From a virus, in the IMG/VR virus record IMGVR_UViG_3300027741_000053, positions 7,669-71,668 of that record: a stretch of 64,000 nucleotides of DNA; one strand, given 5' to 3'. The translations under genes and the position numbers were made by a program. Under the pieces are notes generated by a model. It made no database searches and was not told the DNA's origin. It was given only the letters and a program-made list of their open reading frames with translations. Numbering within the stretch: position 1 is the first letter of the stretch; each line of letters starts with the position of its first letter. Shown here piece after piece: positions 8,864 through 17,915 of this stretch.

Positions 8864-10335
8864 CTACTTCGTGCCTTTGCGTAAGCAATGTTGCGACTAC
8901 GAACCCAATTGAGTGTTTTTTGACTTGCTGGCCTTCTGTCCTCCCCATATCCTTGTGGCCACGTTCCATACTTATCTCTGAATTTATGCTTTGCCCAGTT
9001 GGGGTTGTACCCCTTTGAATCAGCAACCCATAACAATTCAGAGTAGAAATTCTGTCTGTCGTCCTTTTGTGATCTGAGTCCCCCTCCTAGTTCTTCTAAC
9101 TTTCCCGCAACGGCTGCTACTTGATTTTGCCGCTGCCTCACAAACCCGCAAGCCGGACAAGTGTCCGTTCCCTTCGGCCAAAGAAACCCACATGAAGGGC
9201 ACTTTGCCTCTGATTTTTCTCTTTCTGTGGGCTCTTTTTTAGCCTTCTCACCCTCTGGTGATAGGTCTCTTACCCCTTCCTCGTACAACTCGTCCCATTC
9301 GTCTCTAAACCTAAGGTAGTTGCCCGAATGGCAAAGCCATAGAGCAGATTCCTTCCCCTCGAACGGGCGCATGACTCGGCCCATTTGTTGTACATGAGAA
9401 GACAACGACTTACTGAAGGGTCTGGCGGAAACTCCGATCATCACATCGGGTACATCAAAACCCCTCGTCAAAATGTCCGTGGCGATCAAGCCATGAATCT
9501 CGGTGTCTGGCTTGGCAAAATCCTCAATCGCCTTTCTCTTGTATTCATCATTGTCCAAGTAGGACACGCTCACAAAATTATAGCCTTTGTTCGCGAACTG
9601 CTTGACCAGATCCGCCCCGTGCGCGACGCCAGCACAGAACACAATCGTCTTTCTAGGGCGACCATAAATCTCGTGAGTCTTTCTGATCCACTCCTCGACA
9701 ATGTCACCTGTGATCTGCTTCCCGCGCCGCGTAGCCTCGGCCTGAGACCATTCCCCGGCGACCTTTTTTGCGCCGGTCATGTCGATTTCTTTGGCTATGT
9801 ACACCTTCAAAGGCGTCAACCATCTGTTGTCAACCAGCCATTCGTTTGTAGCGCCACACACTACATTCGTGTAGATGTTGCCCAGTCCCTTAGTGAAGGG
9901 CGTGGCGGTAAGACCCACGACCTTGATGTCGGGATTGTTTTTTATAAATTCTGATGTCTGCTTTCTGGCTATGTGGCATTCGTCCACAATCAGCAGATCC
10001 ATCTTCGGGAAGCTTTCCCGTCTCTCAAGGGTCTGTGCAGAACAAACCTGAAGAGGGGTCGATGGGGAGAATTTCCAATGGCCAGACTGGTACACCCCAT
10101 GCTCGAGACCATACTTTGTTAGCCTCATGCTGGTCTGGTCTACCAGAACTATCCGATCAAGAACCATCGCGGCTCTCTTTTGCTTCTCTGCCGTCGCCTT
10201 CATCAAGGCTATGGCCACTTCTGTCTTCCCAAATCCCGTTGGAGCATACAAAAGCTGAGATCGGTGTCCGTTCCTGAACCCTTCTCTAAGAGCATCAATG
10301 ACTTTCGTCTGATGCTCTCGCAAACTAAGTTCCAT
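8860..10335 (-). CDS. SF2 DNA helicase (RadD/YejH-like) with C-terminal Zn ribbon
   Basis: APTGFGKT, DECH, GLTATP, LTRGFDVP, QQMGRVMR, CPSC/CPAC. Confidence 0.9.
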   Translation of the reverse strand: MELSLREHQTKVIDALREGFRNGHRSQLLYAPTGFGKTEVAIALMKATAEKQKRAAMVLDRIVLVDQTSMRLTKYGLEHGVYQSGHWKFSPSTPLQVCSAQTLERRESFPKMDLLIVDECHIARKQTSEFIKNNPDIKVVGLTATPFTKGLGNIYTNVVCGATNEWLVDNRWLTPLKVYIAKEIDMTGAKKVAGEWSQAEATRRGKQITGDIVEEWIRKTHEIYGRPRKTIVFCAGVAHGADLVKQFANKGYNFVSVSYLDNDEYKRKAIEDFAKPDTEIHGLIATDILTRGFDVPDVMIGVSARPFSKSLSSHVQQMGRVMRPFEGKESALWLCHSGNYLRFRDEWDELYEEGVRDLSPEGEKAKKEPTEREKSEAKCPSCGFLWPKGTDTCPACGFVRQRQNQVAAVAGKLEELGGGLRSQKDDRQNFYSELLWVADSKGYNPNWAKHKFRDKYGTWPQGYGEDRRPASQKTLNWVRSRNIAYAKARSR

Positions 10336-10387
10336 GTGTGTCCACTTGTTCTAATCGGCCTGACCAAAACCGGTAAAACCGGTAAAA

Positions 10388-10520
10388 GCGGTGGGAATGT
10401 AGATTCCGCGCCCACCACGCGGCAAGGACGGAGCAAAGGGATGTCAAAACCTCATGGGGGCCCCCTTGCTCCAGCAGGTAACACTCAGATCTACAAGCCT
10501 AGTTACCCGCTCAAACTAGT
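10388..10520 (-). ncRNA. Candidate structured RNA leader upstream of the helicase
   Basis: Three stems (GCGGGTAAC/GTTACCTGC, GGAGCAAGGG/CCCTTTGCTCC, GTGGG/CCCAC) with complementary loops TGTAGAT/ATCTACA. Confidence 0.4.
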
Positions 10521-10526
10521 CTCCCC

Positions 10527-11270
10527 CTATTTCTTCACAGCCTTCATCAACTCCGCATTCCGAGCCTGATACATGTCCCGGCTCTCCCGAAGAGCCTTGT
10601 TATCAATCTCAAGAATCCGAATCTGCTCCCGAAGATCCGCGATCAACTCTTCAACATCAATCTTCTCAATCTCAGTCGCATCCCACTGCCCCAAGGCAAT
10701 CTTGTCTTTCAGCCGAGCGTTCTCGTCAGCCAACTGACCCACCGTCTCGGACAACTCTTTGACCATCGAATCATCGTTCTCGACGGCCTGTGGGCGATAA
10801 ATTTCTTCCTTGGGTACCTTGACCTTCTTTTCCTTCTCGGGCTTGTTTAAGTCCTTTCTAACCCGGCCCACGGTCATTCCAGTGACCCCTACATGGCGGG
10901 CAATCGCTGCGTCCGCCCAGTGGCCCCACGTTTTGCTCATCAGCATACGCATAACAATGTTACGTTTGTCTGCCGACGACATCCGCAACCCTCGGTTGCT
11001 GTTCGCGCTGAACGAGAACAAGATCGCTTCTTCCTGAGTGCCCACTTGCACCTCGGCTTGAATCGTCTTGCCCTTGTTTTTCTTGGTGGCAAAAAAACGG
11101 TGGAAACCGTCCGCCAGCCAATAGTTAGCGCCATCCTGAAACACGATGACCGGAGGGAACGCCCCGCCTTCCTTCATGTGTTCCGCGTACTCGTTGACCA
11201 CTTCTTGGTTCAGTTCCAACCGAGACTGTGTGCCTCCATCAACGCGGATGGCTGTTAGTTCTAATTCCAT
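10527..11270 (-). CDS. ParB-like N-terminal domain protein with HTH and coiled coil
   Basis: FPPVIVF...LADGFHRF; IARHVGVTGMTVGRVR. Confidence 0.8.
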   Translation of the reverse strand: MELELTAIRVDGGTQSRLELNQEVVNEYAEHMKEGGAFPPVIVFQDGANYWLADGFHRFFATKKNKGKTIQAEVQVGTQEEAILFSFSANSNRGLRMSSADKRNIVMRMLMSKTWGHWADAAIARHVGVTGMTVGRVRKDLNKPEKEKKVKVPKEEIYRPQAVENDDSMVKELSETVGQLADENARLKDKIALGQWDATEIEKIDVEELIADLREQIRILEIDNKALRESRDMYQARNAELMKAVKK

Positions 11271-11593
11271 ATGACCTCACAAAGTTAACTGGAGCCATCA
11301 GCATATCATCTCATGACCCGCCGCGCAACCATCTCATATATCAAACACGCATAGGATCTCCAAGGGGTGGAAGGACGCCAACCCGACCCAGACCAACGAT
11401 AAAGATGTTGGCCCCAGTCAACCCTTGAGGCAGCGATTCATTCATCAACGACCTTGGTCCCACCACTTTGTCGCTGACTACCTCAGTCCCTCGCTGACAG
11501 GCTGAGACCACAACTGGGGGTGTAACAGTGTGGTGTCTTCTCTCCCCGGCCACCGATTCAAGTGCACTACTAACGCGGGGGGTACGGTGAAAC

Positions 11594-11673
11594 AAAAAAG
11601 CCGTTAAGAAAGACCCCGGTGGAACGCCCCTTTCGGGGCCGGGATCTTACCTAACGGCTCTTTGGAGTTCCAC
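11594..11673 (-). ncRNA. Structured leader or terminator element upstream of the replication genes
   Basis: Nested stems AGCCGTTAGG/CTTAACGGCT, AAGATCCCGG/CCGGGGTCTT and GCCCC-GAAA-GGGGC, then a U-tract; extra pairing GTGGAAC/GTTCCAC. Confidence 0.5.
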
Positions 11674-11747
11674 ATCCAAATGCATCTTATCAGGAAAAAA
11701 GCGCCCCTGCAAGAGGGGCTAACGGTTTTCACCGAGGAGACACAAAG

Positions 11748-12041
11748 CTACTTTACCACGGCTATCAGATTGTTCGCAAACAACAATCCGATAGTGGCTC
11801 TGTGGGCTTCTTCCCATGCTTCCCGGCGCTCCGTTTTGCTCATTGAAGATCCACTGTCAACCATAGTGTGACACTTATAACAAAGTGCAGCTATTCGATA
11901 GTCGTGGGCTTTGATACCCATACCCTTCCCATCCCGTTGTTGGTTTGAGTGGGCGGCGCACACAGTCCCGTCCTGAGCGCCACAATGCTGGCAAGGAAAA
12001 TTCCTTACCACCTCTAACAATGTTACGTTCCTATAATTCAT
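11748..12041 (-). CDS. Zn-binding putative nuclease (DUF1364/YbcO-like)
   Basis: CQHC...AAHSN...GKGMGIKAHD...LCYKCH. Confidence 0.7.
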   Translation of the reverse strand: MNYRNVTLLEVVRNFPCQHCGAQDGTVCAAHSNQQRDGKGMGIKAHDYRIAALCYKCHTMVDSGSSMSKTERREAWEEAHRATIGLLFANNLIAVVK

Positions 12042-12289
12042 TAGAACGGTGCTGGCTCGCACTTGGAGAAGTCCAGCTTTGGTTTACGTTTGCGCTTAGG
12101 CTTACTGACAATGTGCGGGTATGGCGGCGGCGACCACACCCACCGGACAACCTTGCCTTCATCGTCAAGGATGCCGTATCTGATCACTGCCCGTCACCAA
12201 GTAGAAAATAAACTATGTCAGCAGAGCTGCGCGCCATGCAATCCAGCAGCACAGCAAAAAATTCATCGCTGGGGAATCCGGCGTATTCA

Positions 12290-12484
12290 TTAAACATCTT
12301 TTTCCCTCGCTTCTAGCATTGCGTCTGCCAGTTCGTAGGACGCACCCGCATACACTAGTGGGTTTGGATACATTTTGGTTTCTCGGGTTATCAACGCTTG
12401 CATTGCCTGTCCTGCAAAGTAATCGCGCAGGGTCATACACTCAGGCAGGCGCTCGTATGGCACCGTGAATTTAGGTTTGTCCAT
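12290..12484 (-). CDS. Conserved phage protein (MTLRDYFA motif)
   Basis: MTLRDYFAGQAMQAL...YELADAMLEAR. Confidence 0.75.
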   Translation of the reverse strand: MDKPKFTVPYERLPECMTLRDYFAGQAMQALITRETKMYPNPLVYAGASYELADAMLEAREKDV

Positions 12485-12644
12485 TGTTTTTCTCCATTGG
12501 TTCTTTAAACATAGCCGCACTAAACGCATCCAGTAGCGTTGCTTTGGCAGCCTCTCGCTCTTCTTCCGGGTGGTCTTTGACCGCGTTATTCAAAGCGTTC
12601 ACCATGTACTCAATCATCTGTTGCGGGGTAATAGGCGTGCTCAT
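12471..12644 (-). CDS. Small hypothetical protein (57 aa, not in ORF track)
   Basis: MSTPITPQQMIEYMVNALNN; fills the gap with an ATGA overlap. Confidence 0.5.
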   Translation of the reverse strand: MSTPITPQQMIEYMVNALNNAVKDHPEEEREAAKATLLDAFSAAMFKEPMEKNNGQT

Positions 12645-12844
12645 GTGTTCTTATCCCGCAGCTTGGTTTCAACTAAACGAACAAACGCTTCTTCGTATTC
12701 GCTATCAGCAATGTATTGCACCTCCTCATCCGTCAGCCCGACCCATGGGCGCTGCCGACCCGGAAGATGTTCAAGATGGTTCTGGGTTTTCCAATTCATT
12801 GCATCTGCGTAGCCTTGGTGATACCCGCGTTCGTAGTCAGTCAT
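12641..12844 (-). CDS. Hypothetical protein (WVGLTDEE motif)
   Basis: RPWVGLTDEE...ETKLRDKNT. Confidence 0.7.
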   Translation of the reverse strand: MTDYERGYHQGYADAMNWKTQNHLEHLPGRQRPWVGLTDEEVQYIADSEYEEAFVRLVETKLRDKNT

Positions 12845-13143
12845 GTGTTCTTCTCCAAGCTATTGCGTAACATTGCGTCATTCCAGCCTTTCTCATACGC
12901 ATCAGCCAAATCCACTTCGCTATATGCCTTGGCTTCAATCCCGAAATGTTTTTCAATACCTTTTGTTAAATCTTCAAGCCATAGTGTATTAAAATCTCTT
13001 TCATAATCTTCGTTGAGATATCTTACACATTCCCGCACAATCAACTCGGCGAAGCGTTCGAGGTATGGGTCAAACCAATTTAAGTCCCACGATCCGGGAA
13101 TTTCCGCCTCCCGCGCCATGTGGATGATGTCTTCTCTATCCAC
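12841..13143 (-). CDS. Hypothetical protein
   Basis: EDIIHMAREA...LERFAELIVREC motif. Confidence 0.7.
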   Translation of the reverse strand: MDREDIIHMAREAEIPGSWDLNWFDPYLERFAELIVRECVRYLNEDYERDFNTLWLEDLTKGIEKHFGIEAKAYSEVDLADAYEKGWNDAMLRNSLEKNT

Positions 13144-13312
13144 CGTTTTTCTCCTTTAATCTGGCCTCAAGCGCGGCTATCATGTCTATTACATATGGGC
13201 GATTTGCCATCGAAATTTCTTTTGCTTCTTCCTTAGTCAGCCCAACCCACGGGCGCTGTGGACAACAATGACCGCACCGGGGGCAGTCAATCATTAATTT
13301 GCGGTCAGTCAT
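13136..13312 (-). CDS. Small protein with CxxC and WVGLT motif (58 aa, not in ORF track)
   Basis: DCPRCGHCCPQRPWVGLTKEE...EARLKEKN. Confidence 0.6.
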   Translation of the reverse strand: MTDRKLMIDCPRCGHCCPQRPWVGLTKEEAKEISMANRPYVIDMIAALEARLKEKNGG

Positions 13313-13614
13313 ACAGCCTCCCTAAAAAAGTTGCGTAAGTAATAGGCGTAGTCTGGTTCGCCGCCGATATATTCCTGCCCTACCTTTACAGGAGAAGGCT
13401 CTGGAATCACTTCTCTGGGAACGGAGTACACCCATATGGTTTTCTTCCACCCCTCCTTTACCAACACTTTGCGACGAGCAAGCAGCCCACGCTTTGCCAA
13501 TTCTCTAAGGGTTTGTTCAATGGTTGCAGGGGTATATCCGGGAATTTTAACTTCGACCCCGGCTATCTCTCCGTGCGACCATACATGTTTAACTATCGGA
13601 TGATCTCTATCCAT
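13309..13614 (-). CDS. Hypothetical protein, possible winged HTH
   Basis: TPATIEQTLRELAKRGLLARR. Confidence 0.55.
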   Translation of the reverse strand: MDRDHPIVKHVWSHGEIAGVEVKIPGYTPATIEQTLRELAKRGLLARRKVLVKEGWKKTIWVYSVPREVIPEPSPVKVGQEYIGGEPDYAYYLRNFFREAV

Positions 13615-13646
13615 TTAAATTTACAGGCGGCTTTCGCCGCCCGTTT

Positions 13647-13898
13647 TTAGTCCTGTTGTTTGTAAAGTTTGCCTTCCAAATAGCCAATAACTATCATGGC
13701 GGCTTCTTGATTTTTTTTCATTGCTTGAATATAAAGATCTGCACTTTCAAGCTTTTTTTGCAATTCATCAATCTTTTTTTGCAATGAAATGCTTTCTGAT
13801 TGAAAATGCTGAAGCTCTTGGCGCAAAGCTTCCTCTAAACTAATTTCAACAACTTTCTTCTTTACTGGTGGGCGTCCGCGACGTTTATTAGCAACCAT
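13647..13898 (-). CDS. Coiled-coil protein with AT-hook-like KRRGRPP
   Basis: Sequence composition. Confidence 0.55.
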   Translation of the reverse strand: MVANKRRGRPPVKKKVVEISLEEALRQELQHFQSESISLQKKIDELQKKLESADLYIQAMKKNQEAAMIVIGYLEGKLYKQQD

Positions 13899-13937
13899 GA
13901 TTTGTCTCTAAAAAGTTAAAAAATGTGATTGGTTTGG

Positions 13938-14135
13938 TTAAGATTTAACTGGACATTCTTTCCCCTCTAGGCAATCTCCCATACAACATTTGGGAGTTAT
14001 TTTTAAAACAGCGTTGTCCCATCCTGCTGACCACGCATCGTAAATTGCACCTTCCATTGGGTGATATCCTCCCATGGGAATATGTTTGCCATGCATTTCG
14101 TGCCACCATTTTTTCCAGCATTCGCCTTTTTTCAT
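13938..14135 (-). CDS. Hypothetical protein
   Basis: ATGA overlap with the upstream ORF. Confidence 0.55.
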   Translation of the reverse strand: MKKGECWKKWWHEMHGKHIPMGGYHPMEGAIYDAWSAGWDNAVLKITPKCCMGDCLEGKECPVKS

Positions 14136-14407
14136 GCCCGCGCCTTAATTAGTGTTGCAAGTTCGTTTTTTTCCAAAGTTCTTTGAGTGCCTTGGAAAAT
14201 ATGGCTTTCTGTCCATGTCCGAGACCACAAACACTTAATCTCTGGAACTGCGTTTGATGCAATAAGTTCCTTTGTGGTCCACATTACATTACCAAGAGCA
14301 ACCCACTGATGTGGATTGATGTAATGAGGAACAATAATTTGATTAGTGTTTGGAATCCTAAACACCGGCTCAAGTTGAAAATCAGAAAAACGTTGGTTTT
14401 GGTTCAT
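14132..14407 (-). CDS. Hypothetical protein
   Basis: ATGA overlaps on both sides. Confidence 0.55.
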   Translation of the reverse strand: MNQNQRFSDFQLEPVFRIPNTNQIIVPHYINPHQWVALGNVMWTTKELIASNAVPEIKCLWSRTWTESHIFQGTQRTLEKNELATLIKARA

Positions 14408-14586
14408 TGCAGCTCCTCGAGTCCTTTACATGCAATTAGCATGATTTCAATTAATTTACGTTGTATTTGTGTTTCTCTTCCACTGGCCGCGCTAATTTCT
14501 TGAAGTTTTCTTGATTCAATATTAAGCAGCACTATGGTTTCTGCAAGTTTTTCAGTCATTTGTTTTTTCCTTTGGTTTCCATCCAA
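14404..14586 (-). CDS. Hypothetical protein (start uncertain)
   Basis: ORF in operon. Confidence 0.4.
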   Translation of the reverse strand: MDGNQRKKQMTEKLAETIVLLNIESRKLQEISAASGRETQIQRKLIEIMLIACKGLEELQ

Positions 14587-14827
14587 AATTTTCCCAAGTC
14601 TTAGTTACATCTGTTTTGTCAGATGGAACATAAACAAACTTTGGATCCAAAACGGGAACCGTTGGGATTGCTTTAGAAACGTGCTTGATAAATTCTTCGT
14701 CAGTCATATTCCATGTGCCTCTTCAATGATTCGTACAAATTTAACTAAATTATCAACATCACTGTCATTAATTTCTTCGTCAGATATCTCCCGCAAAATT
14801 TCTAAAATTTCATCTTTGGTTAAAGGG

Positions 14828-15112
14828 TCAGACATTTTTTCTCCATAAACTTTCAATTCTTTCAGTCAATATTGATCCAACATCACGCTTGTTGACCGCG
14901 ACCATCTGAGCTTCTTTACAGTCGTACACAACCCTCGCGGCGTCTTCGATTCCTTTGTTGTAACCACTTGTGAAGTGGTCGTTCCCGCTAAGTAACATTG
15001 TTATGGCGTCCCTCACTAGGCCAGACGCCTTCCTGTTCTTCGCGGCCAACTTTAGCTTGGCGTGTATCTCGGCTGGTAGATAGACCGAATACGGAACTAG
15101 GTTCTTTTCCAA
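14828..15112 (-). CDS. Ribbon-helix-helix-like DNA-binding protein
   Basis: YSVYLPAEIHAKLKLAA...SGLVRDAI. Confidence 0.55.
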   Translation of the reverse strand: MEKNLVPYSVYLPAEIHAKLKLAAKNRKASGLVRDAITMLLSGNDHFTSGYNKGIEDAARVVYDCKEAQMVAVNKRDVGSILTERIESLWRKNV

Positions 15113-15498
15113 CTTTGATACTCCCTCTCAAGTTTCTGAAATAACTTCTGTGCTTCTTGGTTTGTTTTGAGTTCAGATCTTGAGTTGATGCCCAAGTAAT
15201 CTCTAAGCCATGAGGTTGCTTCCTCTTCGTTCGCTTCAATGATCTGACCATCGTTCCATAGATACGCCCAAAACTTCGGCTCCTTGCATAACAAAGCAGA
15301 CCTTTGTACGGGTTTATCCTCCGGCATCGCGGTTTCGTCATGGCCAATTCTGACCATGACAACCTGATACCGAGCCCCAACGAAATGCCTGAGCAAGTCC
15401 TCAGGAATCTCGTCAGGGTGAAGACGAAGAGTTAGAAGATACCCAGTTTGGTCTTGCTTGAGCGCGACCTTGAGCCCTTCAAACTGGATCGTGTTCAA
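15097..15498 (-). CDS. Conserved phage hypothetical protein
   Basis: LCKEPKFWAYL...LGINSRSELKTN. Confidence 0.7.
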   Translation of the reverse strand: MNTIQFEGLKVALKQDQTGYLLTLRLHPDEIPEDLLRHFVGARYQVVMVRIGHDETAMPEDKPVQRSALLCKEPKFWAYLWNDGQIIEANEEEATSWLRDYLGINSRSELKTNQEAQKLFQKLEREYQSWKRT

Positions 15499-15785
15499 AA
15501 TGGCACTTCCTCATCATCATCAAAAACCGGCTTCTTCGGGGCAGGTTTTTCTGGCTTAACCCACGGCTCAGAGACGTTTACAGAGATCGCCTCGTAGCCT
15601 CCTAACATTTTGTTCCAGCCAGCGATTGCCAGCTTGACCAACTCTCCATCAGGCGTCTTGGAGATCGCAGACTTCAACAAAGATCGATCAACAAAGATGT
15701 CGCCACGAATATCAGGCTGGCTCTCGGATGTCTTCTTCGTGTTGGTCCACAAAGTACCTGTGTTTGGTTTTGGAACGTAACTCAC
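15495..15785 (-). CDS. Putative single-stranded DNA-binding protein
   Basis: NTGTLWTN...QPDIRG and acidic tail DDDEEVPF; follows ERF. Confidence 0.65.
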   Translation of the reverse strand: MSYVPKPNTGTLWTNTKKTSESQPDIRGDIFVDRSLLKSAISKTPDGELVKLAIAGWNKMLGGYEAISVNVSEPWVKPEKPAPKKPVFDDDEEVPF

Positions 15786-16429
15786 TTAGCCTCCATTTTT
15801 AGACGCACTTCACGGAACTGATTCATCAAAGACTTGAAGTACTCCTCGTCAACATTCTTGAGGGTCTCAAACAACTCTTTGTTTCGACGGTAGATCGCCA
15901 TCACATCTTCACTGGACTCAGCAAAGCCAAGAGCTAGATCTGCTGCTACTTGGACGCTTTCTAGCCAAGCGTGTGTATCCGATCCCGGCTCCATGTCAAC
16001 CTCAATCTGCCAGTTCTTGAGATCCTGCTTGGGCTTTTCAACCTTCATTTCCGCTTTGGGCGCACCGGCATCCACTTGATCTGACTCGGTCAACTCAAGA
16101 GCCATGATCCACAGATACCTTCTCAGGTAAGTGTGCGTCGAGCCAAGATCCTGAATAGCCTGCCCCTTCGGGTTGCTGGCCATAACCGTGGGCGACTCAA
16201 ACGAAACTTTGGTATCACCATCCGTATCAAAAATCGTTAACCCAGCTTTTTCTGCGTCAATGTTAAACACCGCGCAAAGTCCAGCTTCGTTAAACATCTG
16301 ATGAACCGTAGGCAAAAAGTCGCCAAGCTCAAAGTAGTTGTACTTTGAAAACGAGTTCTTGCCAGACTTCTTCAGTGTCTTCTGTGTCAGTTCAAACCGA
16401 ATCTTCTGTAGTTTTTTAAGTGCGTTCAT
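15782..16429 (-). CDS. ERF-family single-strand annealing protein
   Basis: KSGKNSFSKYNYFELGD and QDLGSTHTYLRRY. Confidence 0.85.
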   Translation of the reverse strand: MNALKKLQKIRFELTQKTLKKSGKNSFSKYNYFELGDFLPTVHQMFNEAGLCAVFNIDAEKAGLTIFDTDGDTKVSFESPTVMASNPKGQAIQDLGSTHTYLRRYLWIMALELTESDQVDAGAPKAEMKVEKPKQDLKNWQIEVDMEPGSDTHAWLESVQVAADLALGFAESSEDVMAIYRRNKELFETLKNVDEEYFKSLMNQFREVRLKMEAK

Positions 16430-16628
16430 CAACGACCTCAATAAGTTTTTCTAAATAATGCTTGGCTTTGAGTAAGTCCTCGAGACCATTCTTGTCCTTG
16501 TACCGGCTAACGTACTTGATGACGCAACCTTCCAAGTACCCCATGTTGTTACGGGTTATGTAATCCCATGGTTGTATAACGTGCTTAACATAATGATCGC
16601 CTCCTTCCTGTCTATTGTTGGCTGTCAC
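16416..16628 (-). CDS. DUF3310 (SaV-like) protein
   Basis: QEGGDHY...IQPWDYI...EGCVIKYVSR...KNGLEDLLKAKHYL; GTG start with GGAGG RBS. Confidence 0.85.
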   Translation of the reverse strand: MTANNRQEGGDHYVKHVIQPWDYITRNNMGYLEGCVIKYVSRYKDKNGLEDLLKAKHYLEKLIEVVDERT

Positions 16629-17487
16629 AGTAATCCCTCCATTGAGCGCAATATTTATTAACTGAGCAAAAGTTTGAGCATCTAATCCGTTCTCCGTTTC
16701 TGACTTCAATTTCGTAATCCTTTGATGCGCTATTCAAAGCTTCGACCGCTTCTTCTTCAGTCGCATGAACCGACTTGGCTCGAGTCGCGCCCGCCTTCTT
16801 TACTGCCCATGTTGTTGGTCTCTCCCACATTTCAGCCGACGTACAAGGCGGCAACGCAGTCCCGGTCTCCAACGCAAATTCACACTCAGAGTGAGCAGAA
16901 ATCCGGTTCGATACATACGCCTCCCGCTCCTCCATCGTCCAAAGCCGAATAGGGATCTCACAGATCGGAGCCTTGGGATACCCTTCCTTCGTAAGAGAGT
17001 CCCGGCGGTTCCAATCCCGAATGATCGCCACGATCCCTAAATCGATCACTGGATCTTCCGTTACCCGCTCGACGAGCCATGCGTACACATTCAGTTGCTG
17101 CTCCCACTCGATCTTGTCCTGCATCGCCGACCAAACCGACGTAACTTTGTAGTCCCGGATCGAACGGCCCGCGTCGCTCAAGATCTGAAGATCAATCGCT
17201 CCAGACAGCGTCCAGCCCTCAAAGTTAGTAAACAGGCGTTGCTCAACAATGTGATGGTCGTCCTTGCCTCGCTCGAGGATGTTGTGGACAGCAGAACCAA
17301 ACAGCGACCACACCATGTCTGATGCGTCCTGCTCAAGATCTTCCTCAAACTTCGCAGACAGAGCCACAATTTTCGGTGAGTTGATCAACTGAGTTACCGA
17401 AAGATGCGCCTTTCCCTTAGAATAGGACGGACGCTGCAGGACGTTCACAAACGTCTTTGGGATGTCAAATTTGTTAGTTATCTTCAT
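16612..17487 (-). CDS. PD-(D/E)XK Cas4-like exonuclease
   Basis: GSAVHNILE, SGAID...DYK, QLNVY and a C-terminal Cys cluster; next to ERF. Confidence 0.85.
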   Translation of the reverse strand: MKITNKFDIPKTFVNVLQRPSYSKGKAHLSVTQLINSPKIVALSAKFEEDLEQDASDMVWSLFGSAVHNILERGKDDHHIVEQRLFTNFEGWTLSGAIDLQILSDAGRSIRDYKVTSVWSAMQDKIEWEQQLNVYAWLVERVTEDPVIDLGIVAIIRDWNRRDSLTKEGYPKAPICEIPIRLWTMEEREAYVSNRISAHSECEFALETGTALPPCTSAEMWERPTTWAVKKAGATRAKSVHATEEEAVEALNSASKDYEIEVRNGERIRCSNFCSVNKYCAQWRDYCDSQQ

Positions 17488-17509
17488 CTGATCTCCAAGG
17501 TGAGGACAC

Positions 17510-17538
17510 AGAGTAGACCATTTTTTCACCCATGTCAA
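17510..17538 (-). promoter_or_regulatory. Sigma70 promoter TTGACA-17-TACTCT for the recombination/replication arm
   Basis: Consensus -35 and 17-nt spacer; GGAG RBS downstream. Confidence 0.65.
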
Positions 17539-17552
17539 CAGGTTGTACCACC

Positions 17553-17915
17553 ATGATTTCACCTGCTAGGTTCATACAGCTAAGAGTACCATATCCCCCG
17601 AGTGTCAACCACTACTGGGGGCAGGGGAAGCACGGCAGATTCATCGGAAAGCGTGGCGTAGCCTTCCGTCAAGCGGTCGCTGAAGCCGCAGCAGAGGCCG
17701 GGGTTCAACCCTTACTTGGCAGGCTGTCCGTCCACATTGCCCTCTTTCCACCGGACAAGAGGCAGAGGGACGTAGACAACGTCTTGAAGAGTCTGCTGGA
17801 CGCCTGCGAACACGCGGGGTGTTACGAGTCAGACTCTCAGATCGACGAGCTTCACATTGTTAGGCAGGAGGTCCAGAAGGGCGGCTCCTGCACTATTGTC
17901 GTATTGCCCCTATAA
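17553..17915 (+). CDS. rusA: RusA Holliday junction resolvase
   Basis: PYPPSVNHYW, PPDKRQRDVDNVLKSLLD, DSQID. Confidence 0.9.
   Translation: MISPARFIQLRVPYPPSVNHYWGQGKHGRFIGKRGVAFRQAVAEAAAEAGVQPLLGRLSVHIALFPPDKRQRDVDNVLKSLLDACEHAGCYESDSQIDELHIVRQEVQKGGSCTIVVLPL

Noticed and set aside
16612-17487. Cas4/CRISPR system
   Set aside because: No repeat-spacer array or other cas genes were seen; the ERF/SSB context indicates a recombination exonuclease.
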